Positions 23,323 to 33,341 are shown, counted from the first letter of the stretch. The stretch is DNA of 62,369 nucleotides from Nitrospinota bacterium (GCA_016207925.1 JACQZB010000130.1:1-62369); one strand, 5' to 3'. Numbers and translations: made by a program. Notes: generated by a model from the letters alone, not told the origin.

Positions 23323-24459
23323 TTACCCCCCCATGATCCGCATGATGTCGTTGTAGAAGGCGAAGACCATCAACGACAGCAGGAGGAAGATGCCTACCTG
23401 CTGGGCGATTTCCTGATGGCGCAGGTTGAGCGGTTTACCCAACACCGATTCGATGGTGTAAAAAAGAATGTGCCCGCCGTCCAGCACCGGGATGGGCAGC
23501 AGGTTCAAAATGCCCAGGTTCACCGAGATCAGCGCCACGAACAGCAATAACTGCGTCACGCCCTTTTGCGCCTGCTGGCCGGCGAGCTGCATGATGCCCA
23601 CCGGGCCGGCGATTTCGCTGGCCGGAATCTCGCGTGAGATCATTTTACCGATGGACCACACCGTCAGGCTGACCATGTTCCACGTCCACTCCGCGCCCTT
23701 GTACAGCGCCACGTGGGGCGGGTAGGCGGTGATCTCCGTGGTGGGCATCACGCCGATGCGCCCGACGGTGATCTCCTTGCCGTCAATCGTTTTTTCGGTG
23801 TCCGTACCCGGCGTGACGGTGATGGTCAAAGCCTCGCCGGAGCCGTCTCGCAGGATTCCGATGGAAAGTTCCTTGCCCGCCGACTGGCTGATGATGCGCT
23901 GGATCTGGCCCCAGCTTTCCATCGGTTCGCCGTTGACCGAATCAATCCGGTCCCCCGGCTTGAACCCCGCCAGCGCGGCGGGTTTGCCTTCCACCATTTC
24001 GCCGATCACCCGGCTGGCGGTGGGCAGACCCGCCATGGCCGCCACGGCGGCGATGAGCACAGCCAGGCCGATGTTGAACAGCGGCCCCGCCGCCACGATG
24101 GCAAGCCGCTTTTTCACCGGCTGGTTCAAAAACGATTCGGCGGCGGCCTTGGGGTCAATTTCCTCCTCGCTTTCGTCGCCGTAGAATTTGACGTAGCCGC
24201 CCAGCGGCACGGCGCAGAGCATGTATTCAGTGTCTCCGCTTTTGCGCCCGAACAGCTTGGGCCCGAAACCTATGGAGAAACGCTCCACCCGCACCCCGCA
24301 CAGGCGCGCCACGATGAAATGGCCGAACTCGTGCGCCACGATCAAAAGCCCCAGCACAACCGTGGCGATGAAGATAAATTCAGTCCACCCGGCGATTTTC
24401 TCGAACGGGGTGGCCGCCGCCGCTCCGGCGAGCGCGTACACGTACGTCATCAACCTCAC
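23323..24459 (-). CDS. rseP: RIP site-2 metalloprotease RseP (M50 family)
   Basis: Contains HEFGHFIVAR (HExxH) within a TM helix, a central PDZ domain, and a C-terminal ..NLLPIPVLDGGH.. motif. Confidence 0.9.
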   Translation of the reverse strand: MRLMTYVYALAGAAAATPFEKIAGWTEFIFIATVVLGLLIVAHEFGHFIVARLCGVRVERFSIGFGPKLFGRKSGDTEYMLCAVPLGGYVKFYGDESEEEIDPKAAAESFLNQPVKKRLAIVAAGPLFNIGLAVLIAAVAAMAGLPTASRVIGEMVEGKPAALAGFKPGDRIDSVNGEPMESWGQIQRIISQSAGKELSIGILRDGSGEALTITVTPGTDTEKTIDGKEITVGRIGVMPTTEITAYPPHVALYKGAEWTWNMVSLTVWSIGKMISREIPASEIAGPVGIMQLAGQQAQKGVTQLLLFVALISVNLGILNLLPIPVLDGGHILFYTIESVLGKPLNLRHQEIAQQVGIFLLLSLMVFAFYNDIMRIMGG

Positions 24460-25130
24460 TCCTTGTTCTTGTCCTTGGTCAGCGACACCACCCGCGCCCC
24501 GGAAGGCGGGGTGAAGGTGAACAACTCCGCGGGCGCCGCCTCGTTGGTTTGCATGTCCGTGAACGCCAACTTGCTGCGCGCTCCAAGATGGTCAACGATT
24601 AGTATCTCCCTGGGCAGATACGCCCCATCATCTACGGTCAACGCCATTCCCTTGACTCCTGACCGGAAGCTTTTGGGGAACAGGCGCAGGCGGATCTGAC
24701 CATCGTTTTTTAGTGTAGCGTTTTTTGGCGGCGGCGACAATTCAATATCGAACAGAGCGGTCAGCGGGGTTTCGCCCGCCAAGAACAGCCCTGGCGAGCC
24801 GGATTCCAGCAAGTCCGAAAGCTCCTCGCGATAGACGGTGTTCTCCTTTTGGTCGTGGCGCCACAGCGCCACCCCGTCGGCGACGATGAGCAGCCCCGGC
24901 GGATCGGTGTACTCCCAGCGCATTTTAAGCGGCTTTTGAATCCACAGCCTGCCCTTGAGCGTCTGGGCGCCGCCCCACGTTTTGCCCTTGGTTTCCTGGT
25001 TAAAAGCCGCGGAGAGCGAGCGCGTGGCATCCAGCGCGGCCTGGACGCGGCGGATGGTTTCTTCCAGCCCCGGCGCCGGATTGTCCGCCGCCAGCAGGGC
25101 GGACAGGGCCAGGGCGCACACAAGCTTCAT
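24456..25130 (-). CDS. lolA: Outer-membrane lipoprotein carrier protein LolA
   Basis: Signal peptide, then ..F.Q......LKGRLWIQKPLKMRWEYTDPPGLLIVADGVALWRHD.., which is the LolA pattern. Confidence 0.8.
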   Translation of the reverse strand: MKLVCALALSALLAADNPAPGLEETIRRVQAALDATRSLSAAFNQETKGKTWGGAQTLKGRLWIQKPLKMRWEYTDPPGLLIVADGVALWRHDQKENTVYREELSDLLESGSPGLFLAGETPLTALFDIELSPPPKNATLKNDGQIRLRLFPKSFRSGVKGMALTVDDGAYLPREILIVDHLGARSKLAFTDMQTNEAAPAELFTFTPPSGARVVSLTKDKNKE

Positions 25131-25137
25131 CGGGCGG

Positions 25138-25767
25138 TCAGAGGGCCGTAACCCGCGCCACGCGGCCCGCCGCGGGCGGGGCCACCTTCCCCGCGGCGAT
25201 AAGCGCCACGGCTTTGGGGTAGAGCCGGTGCTCCTGCTCCAGAATGCGCGCGGAGAGGGTTTCCACCGTGTCGTCCGGCTCCACCGGGACGCACGCTTGC
25301 AGGATGATGGGGCCGGTGTCCACGCCGGCGTCCACGAAATGCACCGTGCACCCGGCCACCTTCACGCCGTAGTCCAGCGCCTGCTTTTGCGCGTCCAGGC
25401 CGGGGAACGCGGGCAGAAGCGACGGATGGATGTTGATGACCATGCCGCCGAACCGTTCAAGGAAGACCGGGGAGAGCACCCGCATGAAACCCGCCAGGCA
25501 GACCAGCCGCGCGCCCGCCGCCAGCGCCGCATCCGCCAGCGCCGTGTCGAACGCCGCCCGCGAGGCGTAATCCTTTCGCTCCACCACCACGGCGGGCACG
25601 CCTTGCGCCCGCGCCCGCTCCAGCGCCGGGGCGCGGGGATTGTCGGAAACCACCGCCGCGACGCGCGCCGGAATGGCGCCGCGCGCGCAGGCGTCCTGCA
25701 ACGCCTGGAAATTCGATCCGCGCCCGGAGGCCAGCGCCGCCAGCGGCAACAGCTCACCCGGCGGCAT
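25138..25767 (-). CDS. purN: Phosphoribosylglycinamide formyltransferase
   Basis: Contains ASGRGSNFQAL, INIHPSLLPAFPG and ..GCTVHFVD... Confidence 0.93.
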   Translation of the reverse strand: MPPGELLPLAALASGRGSNFQALQDACARGAIPARVAAVVSDNPRAPALERARAQGVPAVVVERKDYASRAAFDTALADAALAAGARLVCLAGFMRVLSPVFLERFGGMVINIHPSLLPAFPGLDAQKQALDYGVKVAGCTVHFVDAGVDTGPIILQACVPVEPDDTVETLSARILEQEHRLYPKAVALIAAGKVAPPAAGRVARVTAL

Positions 25768-27787
25768 ATTCTTTCATCACCGGAGCGGCCCCGGCGATTT
25801 CCGCGGCGATTTTCTTGACCATTGCCAGGTTGTGCGTATGGCCGGAGCGCCTGGCGGTGAAGCGCCCAAGGATCGGGCGGCCCAGCAGGTACAGGTCGCC
25901 GATGAGGTCGAGTATCTTGTGGCGCGCCGGCTCGTTGGGGAAGCGCAGCGGCGTGTTGACGATCTTCTCGCTGTCAATGAGGATGAAGTTCGACAGCTTG
26001 CCGCCGGAGGCCAGCCCGGCCTCCTCGAGCATCTTGATGTCCTTCAAAAATCCGAAGGTGCGCGCGGGCGCGATGGATTCGCGGTAGCGCTCGCCGGACT
26101 GATACACGTAATGGTGCTCCTGCTTGCCGATGGGCGGAGGATAGTCCAGGTAGTAGTGGATGGAAAACTCCTCCGCCGGTTCCACTGAAAGCGACGGCCC
26201 ATGGTCAAAGTCGCCCACGGACAAGGGCCGGTCAATGACGATAGGCTCGATGACGGCGTCCTGATCCTCCACCTCGCCGTTTTCGATGATCTGGCAGAAG
26301 TCCAGCGCGGAGCCGTCCATGATGGGGGCCTCGTCCCCCACCTTCACCAGCAGGTTGGTGATGTGGTAGCTGTGCAGCGCGGACAAGATATGCTCGATGG
26401 TTTTGATGTTGACGTCGCCGCGGGCCAGGGTGGTGGCGTACTCGGTGGAGCGCACATTCTCGGGGCGGGCCTCCACGCGCACGCCCGAGCCGATGTCCCA
26501 GAACACGATCCCCGAACCGGGGGGCAGGGGGGTAAGGATCAGGCCCGTCTTGATGCCCGAATGAAGCCCCTGGCCGCACAGCACCACGGAATTGCGCAGC
26601 GTCCGCTGGGGCAGGGCGCGGCGCGACGAAGCGGCGCCCGCGGCGGCCGGCGCGGTCCGGCGCCCGCGCGCCTCGGACAGGCTGGTGACCAAGGCGCCGC
26701 GGCCCGCGATGGAGATATGCGCGCCGGTAAGCTGGCGATCTTCGCAGGCAAGCGTGGCCAGTTCCAGGAAATTGTAAAGCTCGCGCGTGTTGCCCGGCAG
26801 CGGCGAGTTCGCCAGCGCGTCAATAAGCGCGCCCTCCACGCGGTCTATCTGCTTGTGGTACTTGTGGGCCAGGTCGCGCACGAAACACTCCACGATCACC
26901 GGCACGTCCTCCGGACGGCAGGAAAGCGGCGTAAGCGTAATCAGCGACGGGCCAAAAAAATCCATCACGGCCCGTGGCGCCGCCGAGGCCCGCGTCCGCG
27001 CCCGGGGCGCGCCTCCGGCCAGCAGGCGCAGCAATACCCGCTGCAGCTTGGCGGGAAGAAAGTCCACCCGCTCCAGGTACAATGAGCCGCCATCCGCCTG
27101 CCCCACGGCGCCGCCCCCGGCGCCCAGCAGCGCGGCGAACCGCCGTTCGTCCATCCCCTCAAGCGATACCGTGACAAAAGGCTTGCCGGCCCTCCGGGAG
27201 CGCTGGTGGATCAGGTTGGCGGCGGCTTCCTTGCCCAGCCCGGCGGGGCCAAGGATCAGCGCGGGCTGGTCGTGGCGCGCCGCGTCCTCGATCTGCGCCC
27301 GCACGCGCTGGGCCTCCGGCGACACGCCGGCGAACCAGCTTTCCAGCGGCAGCCCTTCGGCGGCGGCCGCGGCGGCCGGCTGGGCCACGGCCATGCGTTC
27401 CTCCCGGTGGCGCAGGGCGTCGGCCACGGAGCGCAGGATTTTTTCGAGCGAGAACGGTTTTTCGATGAAGTCGTAGGCCCCCAGCTTGGTGGCGCGCACG
27501 GCGGTGTCTATGGCGCCGTGCCCGCTCATCATCACCACTTCGAGATTCTGGTCAATGTTCTTGAGAATCTTGAGCGTCTGGATGCCGTCTATGCCGGGGA
27601 CCCAGATGTCCAAAAGCGCCAGGTCGGGCGCCTCGGCGCGCGCCATGCGTAGCGCGGTTTCGCCATCCTCGGCCAGGGCCACCTCGTATCCCTCGTCGGT
27701 GAGGATGCCCTGCAGGGCCTTGCGGATGTTGGCCTCGTCGTCCACTACGAGGATTTTCGCTTTCGCCATTGGTTTGATGTTCAGCAT
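25754..27787 (-). CDS. lpxC: Fusion protein: response-regulator receiver, degenerate NtrC/NtrX-type AAA+ module, and a full UDP-3-O-acyl-GlcNAc deacetylase (LpxC)
   Basis: aa ~8-125 form the REC domain (ILVVDDE.., LALLDIWVPGIDG, DFIEKPF). aa ~150-375 form a sigma54-activator-like module with GPAGLGKE, LYLERV, no GAFTGA loop, and ..PGNTRELYN... aa 392-677 form LpxC (QRTLRNSV..GQGLHSG, TIEHILSAL, ARTFGF, RHKILDLIGDLYLLG, RSGH). No HTH domain is present. Confidence 0.85.
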   Translation of the reverse strand: MLNIKPMAKAKILVVDDEANIRKALQGILTDEGYEVALAEDGETALRMARAEAPDLALLDIWVPGIDGIQTLKILKNIDQNLEVVMMSGHGAIDTAVRATKLGAYDFIEKPFSLEKILRSVADALRHREERMAVAQPAAAAAAEGLPLESWFAGVSPEAQRVRAQIEDAARHDQPALILGPAGLGKEAAANLIHQRSRRAGKPFVTVSLEGMDERRFAALLGAGGGAVGQADGGSLYLERVDFLPAKLQRVLLRLLAGGAPRARTRASAAPRAVMDFFGPSLITLTPLSCRPEDVPVIVECFVRDLAHKYHKQIDRVEGALIDALANSPLPGNTRELYNFLELATLACEDRQLTGAHISIAGRGALVTSLSEARGRRTAPAAAGAASSRRALPQRTLRNSVVLCGQGLHSGIKTGLILTPLPPGSGIVFWDIGSGVRVEARPENVRSTEYATTLARGDVNIKTIEHILSALHSYHITNLLVKVGDEAPIMDGSALDFCQIIENGEVEDQDAVIEPIVIDRPLSVGDFDHGPSLSVEPAEEFSIHYYLDYPPPIGKQEHHYVYQSGERYRESIAPARTFGFLKDIKMLEEAGLASGGKLSNFILIDSEKIVNTPLRFPNEPARHKILDLIGDLYLLGRPILGRFTARRSGHTHNLAMVKKIAAEIAGAAPVMKEYAAG

Positions 27788-27815
27788 TACCGCCGGTTAA
27801 TCATCCATTTTAGCA

Positions 27816-30155
27816 TCAATCCGCCGCCAACTCGATGCGGAACACCGCGCCAGTGGGCGCGTTGGGCAGCAGGGAAATGCGCCCCCCGTGCTCCTCCACG
27901 ATTTCGCGCACGATGGCCAGCCCCAGCCCCGTGCCATCCTCCTTGGTGGAAAAGTAGGGCTGGAACACCTTGTCGGCGATGGCGGGGTCCACGCCCGCCC
28001 CGGTGTCCTGCACCTCCACCACCACCATGCGCTCCTCCGGCCACAGCCGTGTGCGGATAGTGACCACCCCTCCGCCGTTAAGCGCGGCGATGGCGTTCTC
28101 CACCAGGTTGATGATGACGCGCCGGAACCGCTCCGTATCCAGAGTGACCAGTTGCACCTTGGGGTCAAGCTCCGTGGCCAACTTCACGCCGGGCCGGGTG
28201 TCGCGGTAGAGCTTGACCACGTCGTAGATGAGGTCGTGGAGCATCACCGGCTCCGGGTTGGTTTTGAGCAGCCCCTGCATGTCGGGACGCGAGTCGGAAA
28301 GGCCCGGTTCGGCCAGCGCGGCGAACTGCTTGAACTTGTCCACCAGGGCCTTGAGCTGGTCCACCTCCTGGATGATCACCTGCGTGGCGTCGTCAAGAAC
28401 GCGGGGGAAGTCGCCGGCGCCCTGCGCGAACTTGCGGCGGATGCGCTGGGCGTTGAGTTGGATGGGGGTGAGCGGATTCTTGATCTCATGGGCGATCTGG
28501 CGCGCCATTTCGCGCCAGGCGATGGCGCGCTGGGCGGCGATCATGTCGGTGACGTCGTCGAACACGAACACCATGCCCATGTACTGCCCCTCATGGTCGT
28601 ACAACACGGAGACGTTGGTCTTGAGCGTGCGCTTCCTGCCGTGGAGCACAATGGGGATTTCGCGTTCGATGGCGCGGGCGCCTTTTTCGCTCATGTCGCG
28701 GATGGCTTGCCGGATCGGTTCAAGGCTGGAGGGGGAGAACAGCTTGCGGTAGCTGCGCCCGCGCGCTTTTTCCTGATCAATGCCGAACATGCGCGCGGCG
28801 GCGTCGTTGATGGTGGTCACGGCGCCGGTCTTGTCTATGGAGATGACGCCGCCCACGTTTTCGAGCACCGCTTCGATGTACTGGCCCCAGTGGTACAACT
28901 CCAGGTTGGATCCGGACAGTTCGCGGTTGGAGCGTTCCACCTGCTCCTTGAAGCTTTTCAGGTCCTCCGTCATCCGGTTGAAGGCGCGCACCAACTGGCC
29001 CACCTCGTCGTCCTTGATGGGGATGTCCACCCGCGTGTCCAGGTCGCCGCGGGAAACGGCCATGGCCGCCTCGGAAAGCTTTTGCAGCGGCACGGTGATG
29101 CCCTTGGCCACATAAAAACCGAACCACACCGCCGAAAAGACCACCACGAGGGTCACCACGCCAAGGGTCACCTTGTACGAGGCGCGGATGATCTCCTTGC
29201 GCAGCGAAAGCTGCTTGTAGTCCTGGAACGCCTCCACGATGCCGTGCACCTTGTCAATAAGCCGCTTGGAAAGCACCTTGATGACCACCACCGCGCCCTT
29301 GGACTGTTCGCCCAAGGGGCGGGGCGGGATGGGCGCGATGGCGATGACGTAGGTAGGCTCCCCTAGGTCGTCCACCACGGAGACCGACTCTCCCGCCGCC
29401 ACCTTGGCCAAAGAGTCGCCATGCGTGGCCAGATCGAACGGCGGCAGCTCCACTTCCTGGTTGGGCCGGGTGGCCTCCGCGGCCAGCGTAAAGCCGGGGC
29501 CGTACACCTGGATGATGTCCACCCCGTATTCGCGCACCTTCTGGCGCAGCAGCCAGCGCAAGCTGCCGCGCGCGCCGATATCCAAAAGCTGGCGCGTGTG
29601 CGTCAGGCTGGAAAGGGTGCTGGCGAACGAGCCGGTTTCATCCTGGCTGGCGCGGTACAGGCCCTCGGCCACGTTGAGCGACTCCTGCAGCGTGCGCTCG
29701 ATGCGGGAGTTGATCCACTTGTCAACGGTGTCGTTGATCAGCTCGGAGGCCACGGTGTACATCAGCGCCGAGGGGATGAGCGTCATCGCCAAAAACGCCA
29801 CCACCAGCTTGGTCTGGAACCGCGACCCGGCCACGCCGCCGCGGCGGTCGAAATACAGCTTGATGAGCCGGCGAAAGACCAGCACCGCCATCACCATCAG
29901 CAGAATCACGCTGACGTTAAGCGCCAGGGCCACGGCGATGTCGTTGGCGATGGGGGCGTCCACGCTGGTGTCGCGCCAATACAGCGCGGCCAGCGTCATC
30001 AGCACCAGCAGCGCCGCCGTCCCCAGGATCACAAAGCGGGTCTTGCGTTTGCGCGAGGCGGTGATGGAGTTGGGATCAAGGTCCTCGTAAGACCCCGGTA
30101 TGAAAATCCACTTCAGGAGGTTGAACGCCTTGCGGAACAGTTCACGCGGAGTCAT
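27816..30155 (-). CDS. NtrY-like sensor histidine kinase (multi-TM, HAMP, PAS, HisKA, HATPase)
   Basis: Contains an N-terminal TM bundle, a HAMP domain (..PLQKLSEAAMAVSRGDLD..), a PAS domain, the H-box IAHEIKNPLTPIQL, an N box (NLVENAI) and G boxes (DTGAG, GTGLGL). Confidence 0.88.
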   Translation of the reverse strand: MTPRELFRKAFNLLKWIFIPGSYEDLDPNSITASRKRKTRFVILGTAALLVLMTLAALYWRDTSVDAPIANDIAVALALNVSVILLMVMAVLVFRRLIKLYFDRRGGVAGSRFQTKLVVAFLAMTLIPSALMYTVASELINDTVDKWINSRIERTLQESLNVAEGLYRASQDETGSFASTLSSLTHTRQLLDIGARGSLRWLLRQKVREYGVDIIQVYGPGFTLAAEATRPNQEVELPPFDLATHGDSLAKVAAGESVSVVDDLGEPTYVIAIAPIPPRPLGEQSKGAVVVIKVLSKRLIDKVHGIVEAFQDYKQLSLRKEIIRASYKVTLGVVTLVVVFSAVWFGFYVAKGITVPLQKLSEAAMAVSRGDLDTRVDIPIKDDEVGQLVRAFNRMTEDLKSFKEQVERSNRELSGSNLELYHWGQYIEAVLENVGGVISIDKTGAVTTINDAAARMFGIDQEKARGRSYRKLFSPSSLEPIRQAIRDMSEKGARAIEREIPIVLHGRKRTLKTNVSVLYDHEGQYMGMVFVFDDVTDMIAAQRAIAWREMARQIAHEIKNPLTPIQLNAQRIRRKFAQGAGDFPRVLDDATQVIIQEVDQLKALVDKFKQFAALAEPGLSDSRPDMQGLLKTNPEPVMLHDLIYDVVKLYRDTRPGVKLATELDPKVQLVTLDTERFRRVIINLVENAIAALNGGGVVTIRTRLWPEERMVVVEVQDTGAGVDPAIADKVFQPYFSTKEDGTGLGLAIVREIVEEHGGRISLLPNAPTGAVFRIELAAD

Positions 30156-30916
30156 GGGCTTTCAGGAACAGCGCCCTTGACGGGTTCGGGCGCCGGGGCG
30201 GGCGCGGCTTCGGCGCCGGCGAGCGTAAACACCGTGGACTCGGTCCATGGCGTGTCGAAATCCAGGAACTTAAGGAAAAACAGGAGGATGTTGAACGGCG
30301 GGATCAACTTGATGGATTTCATTTCGCACCGTACCCGCAGGTAATATCGTCCGCCCGCGGGCAACCCGTCAACCGGCCCCAAGTCAAACTTTTCCAAGAC
30401 GGTCATCCAGCGGCGCATATCTTCCGGTTTTTTCAGAACCACCGGATCCAAAACCGGCGGCGGAGGGTTTTGTCCGGCGCCGCGCGGCGCGGCCTCGGCG
30501 GGTTTGGGAGAGCTTTTGTCTTCGGGCGTCACCTTGCGCAACTCGGCGTCGAAGGTAAGCTCGTCTTCATCCTCCCCGCGTTTTTCCCAGGTAAGGTATT
30601 CCTTTTTGAGCGTGTCGAACTTCACCATGCGGCGGATCGCCACCTCGCGTTCCGCCTTGTCCCACACCACCGCGCGGTGGCGCCGCAGCTCCACAAAATA
30701 GGTGAAGGCCAGGGGCGCGCCGCTGTCAATGGTGGCGCGGATTTCCTGGGTGAAAGCCCCGCGCAGTTCCGCCGAAACGCCAATCCGCTCCGGCGGGCCT
30801 TGGCGGGAGACTTCGAGGATGTAGGCGTCCTCCGCCGCGGCGGGGGCCGCGCCGGAAAGCCAGAGCAACGCCGCCAGCGCAGGCCAGAGCCGCATTGCGG
30901 GGGAGAACACCGCCAT
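30152..30916 (-). CDS. DUF4390-like periplasmic protein
   Basis: Has a signal peptide. The pattern is remembered from DUF4390 proteins that precede ntrY-type kinases (..FTYFVELRRHRAVVWDK.. and C-terminal ..FLDFDTPW..). ATGA overlap with the kinase gene. Confidence 0.65.
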   Translation of the reverse strand: MAVFSPAMRLWPALAALLWLSGAAPAAAEDAYILEVSRQGPPERIGVSAELRGAFTQEIRATIDSGAPLAFTYFVELRRHRAVVWDKAEREVAIRRMVKFDTLKKEYLTWEKRGEDEDELTFDAELRKVTPEDKSSPKPAEAAPRGAGQNPPPPVLDPVVLKKPEDMRRWMTVLEKFDLGPVDGLPAGGRYYLRVRCEMKSIKLIPPFNILLFFLKFLDFDTPWTESTVFTLAGAEAAPAPAPEPVKGAVPESP

Positions 30917-30917
30917 G

Positions 30918-33113
30918 TCAGCTCCGTCTTGGCCGGAAGGCCAGCATCCCCAAGGGGGGCAGGGTCACTGTCAATGAACAGGGCCAGCGGCCCCAGGGCC
31001 GGTGGTCGCTCCACAGTCCGCCGCCGTTGCCCACGTTGGAGCCGTAGTAGATTTCCGCGTCGGAATTCAACACCTCGTCGTACCGGCAGTGTTCCGGCGC
31101 GCCGATGGTGTAATTCTGGCGCGGCACGGGGGTGAAATTGAAAACAAACAGCAGGTAATCGGCCGGGTCCTTGGCTTTGCGCATGAAGGCGACCACCGAA
31201 CCTTCCGCGTCGTGAAAGTCCACCCACTCAAAACCATGATAGTTGAAGTCAACTTCCCACAGGCAGGCGTTTTGACGGTACAGCCGCCCCAGGTCGGCCA
31301 TGTAGCGCTGCAAGCGCGCATGGGGCCGCAGCTTGAGCAGCCGCCAGTCCACCGAGCGGTCGTGGTCCCACTCGTCCCATTGGCCTATGTCGCAGCCCTG
31401 GAAAATCATTTTCTTGCCGGGGTGGGCGTACATGTAGCCGAACAGCAGCCGCAGGTTGGCGAACTTCTGCCATGTGTCGCCCGGCATTTTGCCGATCAAC
31501 GATCCTTTGCCGTGCACCACCTCGTCGTGGGAGAGCACCAGCACGAAGTTTTCGTGGAACGCGTACAGCATGGCGAAGGTCAAGGCTCCGTGATGCCATT
31601 TGCGGTGGATGGGTTCCTTGCTGAAATAGTCCAGGATGTCGTGCATCCACCCCATGTTCCATTTCATGGTGAACCCCAGCCCGCCCGCGTACACGGGGCG
31701 TGATACGCCGGGCCAGGCGGTGCTCTCCTCGGCGATGGTTACCGCGCCGGGGAACTTCTCATGGATCAGCGAATTCATTTTTTTGAGGAACTCGATGGCT
31801 TCAAGGTTCTCCTTGCCGCCGTGGCGGTTGGGGAGCCATTCGCCCTCCTGCCGCGAATAGTCCAGGTACAGCATGGAGGCCACCGCGTCCACCCGCAGGC
31901 CGTCTATGTGGTAGTACTCGAACCAGAACAGCGCCGAGGAGAGCAGGAAGTTGGCCACCTCGTTGCGCCCGTAGTTGAAGATCAGCGTGCCCCAATCCTT
32001 GTGTTCGCCCAGGCGCCAGTCCTCGTGCTCGTACAGCCCCGTGCCGTCGAACCGGCGCAGGCCATGCTCGTCCTTGGGGAAGTGGGCGGGAACCCAGTCA
32101 ATGATCACCCCAATGCCGTGGTGATGCAAACAGTCCATGAACCATTTGAAATCGTCCGGGTCGCCAAAACGCGATGTGGGGCAGAAGTAGCCGGTCACCT
32201 GATAGCCCCAGGAAGGGTCGAAGGGGAATTCGCCCACCGGCATCAGTTCGACATGGGTGTAGCCCTGCTGCTCGCAGTACGCCGCCAGAAGCGGCCCCAA
32301 CTCGCGGTAGGTCAGCCATTCATTGCTTCCCTCGCGCCGCGCCCAGGAGCCAAGGTGGGCTTCGTAGATGTTCATGGGCCGGTTCAGCAGGTCGTCCTTT
32401 GCGCGCCGCGCCAGCCACTCGTGGTCTTCCCACTGGTAGGTGTTCACGTCCCACACCACGCTGGCGCTTTTGGGCCTAAGCTCGCTGGCGTAGGCGAAGG
32501 GGTCGGACTTGATGAACACGTCCCCCGCGCGCGCGCGCAATTCGAACTTGTAGAGCGTCCCCATGTCCAGGCCGGGAATGAAAATCTCCCATACCCCCGA
32601 CAGGCCCATCGAACGCATCGGGTAGCGCCGCCCGTCCCAGTCACAGAACGGGCCGACCACCGATACGCGGTCGGCGTTGGGCGCCCACACGGCGAATCGC
32701 ACGCCGCGCGCGCCATCCACCTCCATGACATGCGCGCCCAGCTTTTTATGGATTTCCAGGTGGTTCCCCTCGTTGAACAGGTACAGGTCCACCTCGCCGA
32801 GCGTGGGGAGGAAACTGTAAGGGTCGCGGCTGACCAGATGGCGGCCCTGCCACGTGACCAGGTGCAGGTCATAGGCGAACACGCGGCGCTTGGGGATGAA
32901 CGCCTCGAAAAAGCCGGCCTCGTCTATCCGTTCCAGCGGATACCGCCATTCGCGGTGATGAATATCCACGGCGGCTATCTCCGCCGCCTCCGGCGCGAAG
33001 ACCCGGAGGACCACGCCGCCCGCGGCTTCGTGGATACCTAACACGCTGTAAGGGTCGCTGTGCCGCGCTTGTATGATCTTCTCGATCTGCCAGCGCGGGG
33101 CGGTATGACTCAT
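30918..33113 (-). CDS. glgB: 1,4-alpha-glucan branching enzyme
   Basis: 731 aa with GH13 motifs (DWVPAHF, GLRVDAVASMLY, AEESTAWPG, LSHDEVVHGK). Confidence 0.95.
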   Translation of the reverse strand: MSHTAPRWQIEKIIQARHSDPYSVLGIHEAAGGVVLRVFAPEAAEIAAVDIHHREWRYPLERIDEAGFFEAFIPKRRVFAYDLHLVTWQGRHLVSRDPYSFLPTLGEVDLYLFNEGNHLEIHKKLGAHVMEVDGARGVRFAVWAPNADRVSVVGPFCDWDGRRYPMRSMGLSGVWEIFIPGLDMGTLYKFELRARAGDVFIKSDPFAYASELRPKSASVVWDVNTYQWEDHEWLARRAKDDLLNRPMNIYEAHLGSWARREGSNEWLTYRELGPLLAAYCEQQGYTHVELMPVGEFPFDPSWGYQVTGYFCPTSRFGDPDDFKWFMDCLHHHGIGVIIDWVPAHFPKDEHGLRRFDGTGLYEHEDWRLGEHKDWGTLIFNYGRNEVANFLLSSALFWFEYYHIDGLRVDAVASMLYLDYSRQEGEWLPNRHGGKENLEAIEFLKKMNSLIHEKFPGAVTIAEESTAWPGVSRPVYAGGLGFTMKWNMGWMHDILDYFSKEPIHRKWHHGALTFAMLYAFHENFVLVLSHDEVVHGKGSLIGKMPGDTWQKFANLRLLFGYMYAHPGKKMIFQGCDIGQWDEWDHDRSVDWRLLKLRPHARLQRYMADLGRLYRQNACLWEVDFNYHGFEWVDFHDAEGSVVAFMRKAKDPADYLLFVFNFTPVPRQNYTIGAPEHCRYDEVLNSDAEIYYGSNVGNGGGLWSDHRPWGRWPCSLTVTLPPLGMLAFRPRRS

Positions 33114-33341
33114 AACATCTCAAATTAATAGGTTGCTAACGTATAAATTCTTATTTTATCGCATCTTGCCACGGTTTCGGAGGTTTTTATGGCTGGAGGG
33201 CGCATAAATTTGCGGCGGCGCCTAGTAAATAGGCCGAGCAAACCCCGCAAGCTTGATTATCAGGCGCCGCGGCATTTTCCAAAAGCGTGATGGTTTTTAT
33301 TACTGTGTTTATTTTCAATTGATTGTGCGTGTGGCGAACCT

